Virus record (IMG/VR): IMGVR_UViG_3300028571_000887
Source of the DNA: an uncultured virus (IMG/VR IMGVR_UViG_3300028571_000887)
Lineage: Duplodnaviria > Heunggongvirae > Uroviricota > Caudoviricetes
Reading direction: 5' to 3' (one strand)
Length of the DNA: 20,000 nucleotides
The notes under the pieces are model-generated. The model had not been told where the DNA came from. It worked only from the letters and a program-made list of their open reading frames with translations, and did not search any database. Both the position numbers and the translations under genes were made by a program. Each line of letters starts with the position of its first letter. Positions within the stretch are counted from its first letter, which is position 1. Below, one piece after another: positions 17,141 to 20,000 of this stretch.

Positions 17141-17409
17141 TAAAAAAAGGGGTAGAAATATAGTCCATATACCCATAACTATATATATTAATAAGGTCTT
17201 TAAATAATAAAGAGATCAAAGATATGTTTATAAATGAAAGTTATAGATTTTTAAGAAGGAAAATGGGGGTTAAAAATACCATTTTGCCCTTCATAATCCT
17301 ATATCATATCACATATTTCTACATATATTCTGCTAGATTCTTATGTATTCTATAGAGATTATTGTATATAATGTATGGAAAACCTTATATTCCCGGGGTT
17401 TTTCTTCTA

Positions 17410-17418
17410 TGATATAAT
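17410..17418 (+). promoter_or_regulatory. Extended -10 promoter TGATATAAT with no downstream protein gene
   Basis: Same 9-mer as at 1276, 7376 and 10102. Predicted +1 is near 17425. Confidence 0.6.
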
Positions 17419-17424
17419 TATTAT

Positions 17425-17591
17425 GTAAAAGGTCACGCATTGGTCTACTCGATGAAGGTCAAGCCACGCCTGCCCCTGCTGAGGGATACGCAGCACCGTA
17501 CGACCTCCCTGAAATAACGGGTGAATCGGAGTTCCATCGGCATTTGGAGATAATCCTGGCAAATGAGTTCAGACGATTAAACCATCTTTAC
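17425..17591 (+). ncRNA. Candidate structured non-coding RNA (~167 nt), family unknown
   Basis: GC island in an AT-rich gap, with an upstream promoter, 5'/3' end complementarity, nested stems and a downstream T-run. Confidence 0.6.
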
Positions 17592-17661
17592 CCCGTTTTT
17601 TACAAATATAATAGAAAATGGGTTATTTGTCATGTCTGGATGTTTTATTATAAATATATTT

Positions 17662-17687
17662 TGGGTAAATATATCATTCAATCGTAA
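17662..17687. repeat. GGTAA-N12-WTCGTAA motif, degenerate copy
   Basis: TGGGTAA ATATATCATTCA ATCGTAA. Confidence 0.55.
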
Positions 17688-17689
17688 TC

Positions 17690-18226
17690 TTATTTTGATA
17701 CCAGGGTATTTAGTATATCTATTGGTCCCTTGCATGTTGGAGAGTATTCTATAGCAGCTTGTATGGATAATTTTATTCTATCTACCGGGGGTAAATGAGA
17801 AGAACTATATAAAGATCCCATTGCATACCCTGATCCTGATCCTATTGAAACCATATCATATTCAACACATTGAAAATCTGTTGTGTCTATTTCATAGACA
17901 TGACCTTTTATACCCACAATAAATCCACCATGATCTTCTTCTGATTCCGGTAATTTTATTTCCTTATCTTTAAAGAAGGTTCGTAATAATGGAATAAATA
18001 CCTGGCCCATATGCTTATCTATATTAACAATCTTTGCAGGCGGGAATTCAAAATTATATTTAATAGCTTGTCCCATTCCACTATTACCAGAATACCCAAA
18101 GACATATAAACCATGAGAAGATATCTTTGGCTGAGAAGAAGCTAATATATTATGAGAGTCACTATGTCCTCTTTCTCCCCCCATATAGACATTTCCCTTA
18201 TCAACCAGGGCAGCTATGCAAGTCAT
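17690..18226 (-). CDS. HslV/proteasome beta subunit-like Ntn protease
   Basis: M-T-CIAAL start (Thr nucleophile after Met removal), PKI, GYSG and SIGSGSGYAMG. Start at the ATG at 18226. Confidence 0.85.
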   Translation of the reverse strand: MTCIAALVDKGNVYMGGERGHSDSHNILASSQPKISSHGLYVFGYSGNSGMGQAIKYNFEFPPAKIVNIDKHMGQVFIPLLRTFFKDKEIKLPESEEDHGGFIVGIKGHVYEIDTTDFQCVEYDMVSIGSGSGYAMGSLYSSSHLPPVDRIKLSIQAAIEYSPTCKGPIDILNTLVSK

Positions 18227-18327
18227 GAAAAAATCCAGGAAGCAAGCAAAATGCAAGCGGTACAAATAGAAATACTTAAAATACATCCTCCAACAAGGGT
18301 AGTAATAAGATCTTCTCCTTTATTCAT
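18223..18327 (-). CDS. Small membrane protein (34 aa)
   Basis: AGGAGG RBS and TGATATAAT upstream; ATGA overlap with the protease gene. Confidence 0.6.
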   Translation of the reverse strand: MNKGEDLITTLVGGCILSISICTACILLASWIFS

Positions 18328-18359
18328 ATTCCCTCCTATTATATCAACAATATGGATTT

Positions 18360-18442
18360 CGGGTAAAAATATCTTTCCTTCGTAATCATATTTCCGGTAA
18401 AAAATATATTGGTTCGTAAAATGTTTTATGTGGGAGCGCTCC
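18360..18442. repeat. Two tandem GGTAA-N12-TTCGTAA motifs plus a GGAGCGCTCC palindrome
   Basis: Copies at 18360-18385 and 18394-18419; palindrome at 18433-18442. Confidence 0.75.
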
Positions 18443-18472
18443 GCCCGGCCTGCGGAGCTATTCCATGATTGG

Positions 18473-18510
18473 CCCCCGCCCCCTAGCCTCATACAGCCAG
18501 GGGACGGGGG
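18473..18510 (-). terminator. Strong GC hairpin downstream of gene 18518..18775 (terminator or processing element)
   Basis: On the - strand, CCCCCGTCCCCTGGCT-GTATGA-GGCTAGGGGGCGGGGG forms 16 bp including G-U pairs. No U tract follows. Confidence 0.55.
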
Positions 18511-18517
18511 AGACAAA

Positions 18518-18775
18518 TCAGTGAATAACACCATCTACAAAATAATCTGAACTATATGGATCAAATGCTAATTGCTCTGCTGGAATGTTTACTCCATATT
18601 TTTCTATGTTGTGTTGTATTCCATCTGCAAAGTTCTTTGCATTTATTACTACCGTGATCGGCTGCTGAACAATGAACAGAGGTACTGCGTACTTCCATTC
18701 ACTAGGCAGAACACGGTTGTCTGAGAATAACTTTACAAACTTGTCTGACAGTTGTTGCGTATTGACCCACGCCAT
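18518..18775 (-). CDS. Hypothetical protein
   Basis: GGAGGT RBS; 85 aa. Confidence 0.75.
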   Translation of the reverse strand: MAWVNTQQLSDKFVKLFSDNRVLPSEWKYAVPLFIVQQPITVVINAKNFADGIQHNIEKYGVNIPAEQLAFDPYSSDYFVDGVIH

Positions 18776-18835
18776 AGGCTACCTCCATTGTCAATTGTAC
18801 CGGCAGAGTGGACGGTTGTCCACCCTGAGGAACAA

Positions 18836-18991
18836 TTAACGAGAGGCTACCTTTGGTGCCTTTCGCAGAGAGGTGAGATTAACAGAGTCAACGAACTTGC
18901 CGTCCTCACTACGAATGACCACACGCTCTTGCGTGCCATACCGGGTGTCCCACTGCTCTAGATAACTAAACTTTGCCATTTTCTTTGCCAT
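18836..18991 (-). CDS. Small basic hypothetical protein (51 aa)
   Basis: AAGGAG RBS and a consensus promoter. Manual translation gives MAKKMAKFSYLEQWDTRYGTQERVVIRSEDGKFVDSVNLTSLRKAPKVASR. Confidence 0.75.
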   Translation of the reverse strand: MAKKMAKFSYLEQWDTRYGTQERVVIRSEDGKFVDSVNLTSLRKAPKVASR

Positions 18992-19021
18992 TTTATTTCT
19001 CCTTATTGTTTGGGTGTTACG

Positions 19022-19050
19022 ATTATACGGGATAAATCAACTATTGTCAA
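19022..19050 (-). promoter_or_regulatory. Perfect consensus SigA/sigma70 promoter
   Basis: On the - strand, TTGACA-17 bp-TATAAT. Confidence 0.88.
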
Positions 19051-19118
19051 CACCTTGTAACTCTTTGCCTTCAGCCGCAATCTTTGCAGGACAATCATCA
19101 TATGCGACTTTTGGAGCC

Positions 19119-19604
19119 TTACCAAGATGCCCGGTAAACAAAGCACCAACCATACTCATCTTCAGGAATAGCATTTAACACATTGTCAATAATGTCAATA
19201 GTTGATTGCATATCCTTTAGATACCATTCATCTATTTCACCACTGCCAAAGAAAAAACCATCTTGGGGTGGTAGAATATCTCCTGCCATAGCGGGCTGCT
19301 TAATAACGCTTGCACACAATTCCCGCAACTCTACTAACTTTTCACGGGGTACATAAATATCTTGACATTCATCTACGCCATTTGCCAACTCATTAACAAA
19401 CCAACCATGAATAGCATTAGCCTTGCGCCAGTATCCAACGGTAAGGGAAAGGTTTGCCCCACCAAACAACTCAACGCTATCAGTAAGACCCTTGGGAGCC
19501 AATGCCACCAATGCGGTATACTCTGGGTTTGGAGTAGGCACTCCATTACTGTAGGTGTCCTGACCAACATACTTGCGAGCCTCAAGGTACTGATCTAATC
19601 CCAT
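19119..19604 (-). CDS. Phage hypothetical protein (MGLD...YWRKANAIHGWFV type)
   Basis: 161-aa ORF; GGGTGG RBS-like site; upstream promoter. Confidence 0.82.
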   Translation of the reverse strand: MGLDQYLEARKYVGQDTYSNGVPTPNPEYTALVALAPKGLTDSVELFGGANLSLTVGYWRKANAIHGWFVNELANGVDECQDIYVPREKLVELRELCASVIKQPAMAGDILPPQDGFFFGSGEIDEWYLKDMQSTIDIIDNVLNAIPEDEYGWCFVYRASW

Positions 19605-19635
19605 TTTATTTCCACCCTTTCGTTGTGAGAGTCAC

Positions 19636-19664
19636 AATCTATCAGAATCCGGTAAAAATGTCAA
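19636..19664 (-). promoter_or_regulatory. SigA/sigma70-type promoter
   Basis: On the - strand, TTGACA-17 bp-TAGATT with an extended -10 TG. Confidence 0.75.
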
Positions 19665-19697
19665 ATGTTCGTAAAGGAGTGGCGGGCGGGGCGCCCC
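19649..19697. repeat. CCGGTAA-N12-TTCGTAA motif plus a GGGGCGCCCC palindrome
   Basis: Same spacing as the 18394-18442 copy. The motif straddles the -35 box. Confidence 0.75.
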
Positions 19698-19777
19698 CTA
19701 ATAGTATGCAGATTCTTGGCTTGTAGCATAGTGTATGCATACTAATGGGCATCGGTGCCGCCCTACCTGGGGCCTAG

Positions 19778-19851
19778 TGGGGAGAGTCGGACTCGAACCG
19801 ACGACGACCGAATTATGAGTTCGGGGCTCTAACCAGCTGAGCTACCTCCCC
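19778..19851 (-). tRNA. tRNA with CAT anticodon (likely tRNA-Ile2, alternatively elongator tRNA-Met)
   Basis: Cloverleaf with acceptor GGGGAGG/TCTCCCC, D arm GCTC/GAGC, anticodon arm CCGAA-CTCATAA-TTCGG and T arm GTCGG-TTCGAGT-CCGAC. Discriminator A; CCA not encoded. Confidence 0.95.
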
Positions 19852-19930
19852 AAACCAATTAATATTTAATCATTAGATCCTCCCCAATACACTGCGGAAT
19901 CCAACATTACGTTGATACGCTCAGGCAGCA

Positions 19931-20000
19931 TTAGTCCTCCTCAAAAAGCACGGTAGTAAAATTACCATCACTAGTAAACTTACCAGTCTCTAGATCAAGC
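19931..20000 (-). CDS. C-terminal fragment of a gene entering from the right edge
   Basis: Open frame ...LDLETGKFTSDGNFTTVLFEED-stop. Confidence 0.45.
   Translation of the reverse strand, partial: LDLETGKFTSDGNFTTVLFEED

Noticed and set aside
17476..17514. Hammerhead-like CTGCTGA-GGGA...TCCC-TGAAA
   Set aside because: The core deviates from CUGANGA, there is an extra base before GAAA, and I could not build stems I and III.
17452..17517. 21-aa ORF MKVKPRLPLLRDTQHRTTSLK inside the GC island
   Set aside because: It has no SD, its composition is unlike the AT-rich genes, and base pairing explains the region better.
17431..17530. Resemblance to SAM-IV (GGTCA, GTCAAGCC, CGGGTGA) or c-di-AMP (GGGTGAATC) riboswitches
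   Set aside because: Only short words match. Other core elements are absent, and there is no downstream same-strand gene to regulate.
17945..17986. CCGGTAA...TTCGTAA inside the protease gene
   Set aside because: The spacing is far longer than 12 nt and it is intragenic, so it is treated as chance.
18360..18419. Mini CRISPR array reading of the tandem motif
   Set aside because: There are only two adjacent degenerate units with a 34-bp period and variable interiors, and no cas genes.
18328..18534. Upstream part of ORF 18223..18534
   Set aside because: It runs through GC hairpins, the repeats and a promoter. The ATG at 18327 with AGGAGG is the better start.
19866..19931. 21-aa ORF upstream of the tRNA on the - strand
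   Set aside because: It has a GAGGAGG site and TAATG coupling, but it is too short to support without homologs.
1..20000. Stop-codon reassignment (TAG or TGA readthrough)
   Set aside because: Conserved enzymes are full length in the standard code, and TAG/TGA stops abut the next gene starts.

Overview
A 20-kb segment of a large, AT-rich tailed dsDNA phage. The host is probably an actinobacterium, judging from the WhiB regulator, an MSMEG_6728-type glycosylase, an actinobacterial-type SSB and leaderless genes. From left to right it holds: the 3' part of the terminase large subunit; a + strand block with a cytidine/dCMP deaminase, WhiB and SSB; a 5-kb mixed-orientation glycan-modification island (FAD oxidoreductase, NAD-dependent epimerase, TIM-barrel isomerase, GT2-like protein, methyltransferase, two paralogous putative glycosyltransferases); a + strand block with an HNH-like protein, a pyrimidine-dimer glycosylase-like protein, a CBS-less IMPDH/GMP-reductase-family enzyme, a GT4 glycosyltransferase and many small proteins; a 550-bp convergent intergenic gap; and a - strand block with an HslV/proteasome-like protease and a CAT-anticodon tRNA. 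Two signals not explained by the genes stand out. One is a promoter-preceded, GC-rich, multi-stem ~167-nt candidate ncRNA at 17425-17591. The other is a repeated, exactly spaced DNA module (GGTAA-N12-WTCGTAA, in two copies followed 13 nt later by a GGRGCGCYCC palindrome). All calls come from reading the sequence; no searches or folding programs were run.
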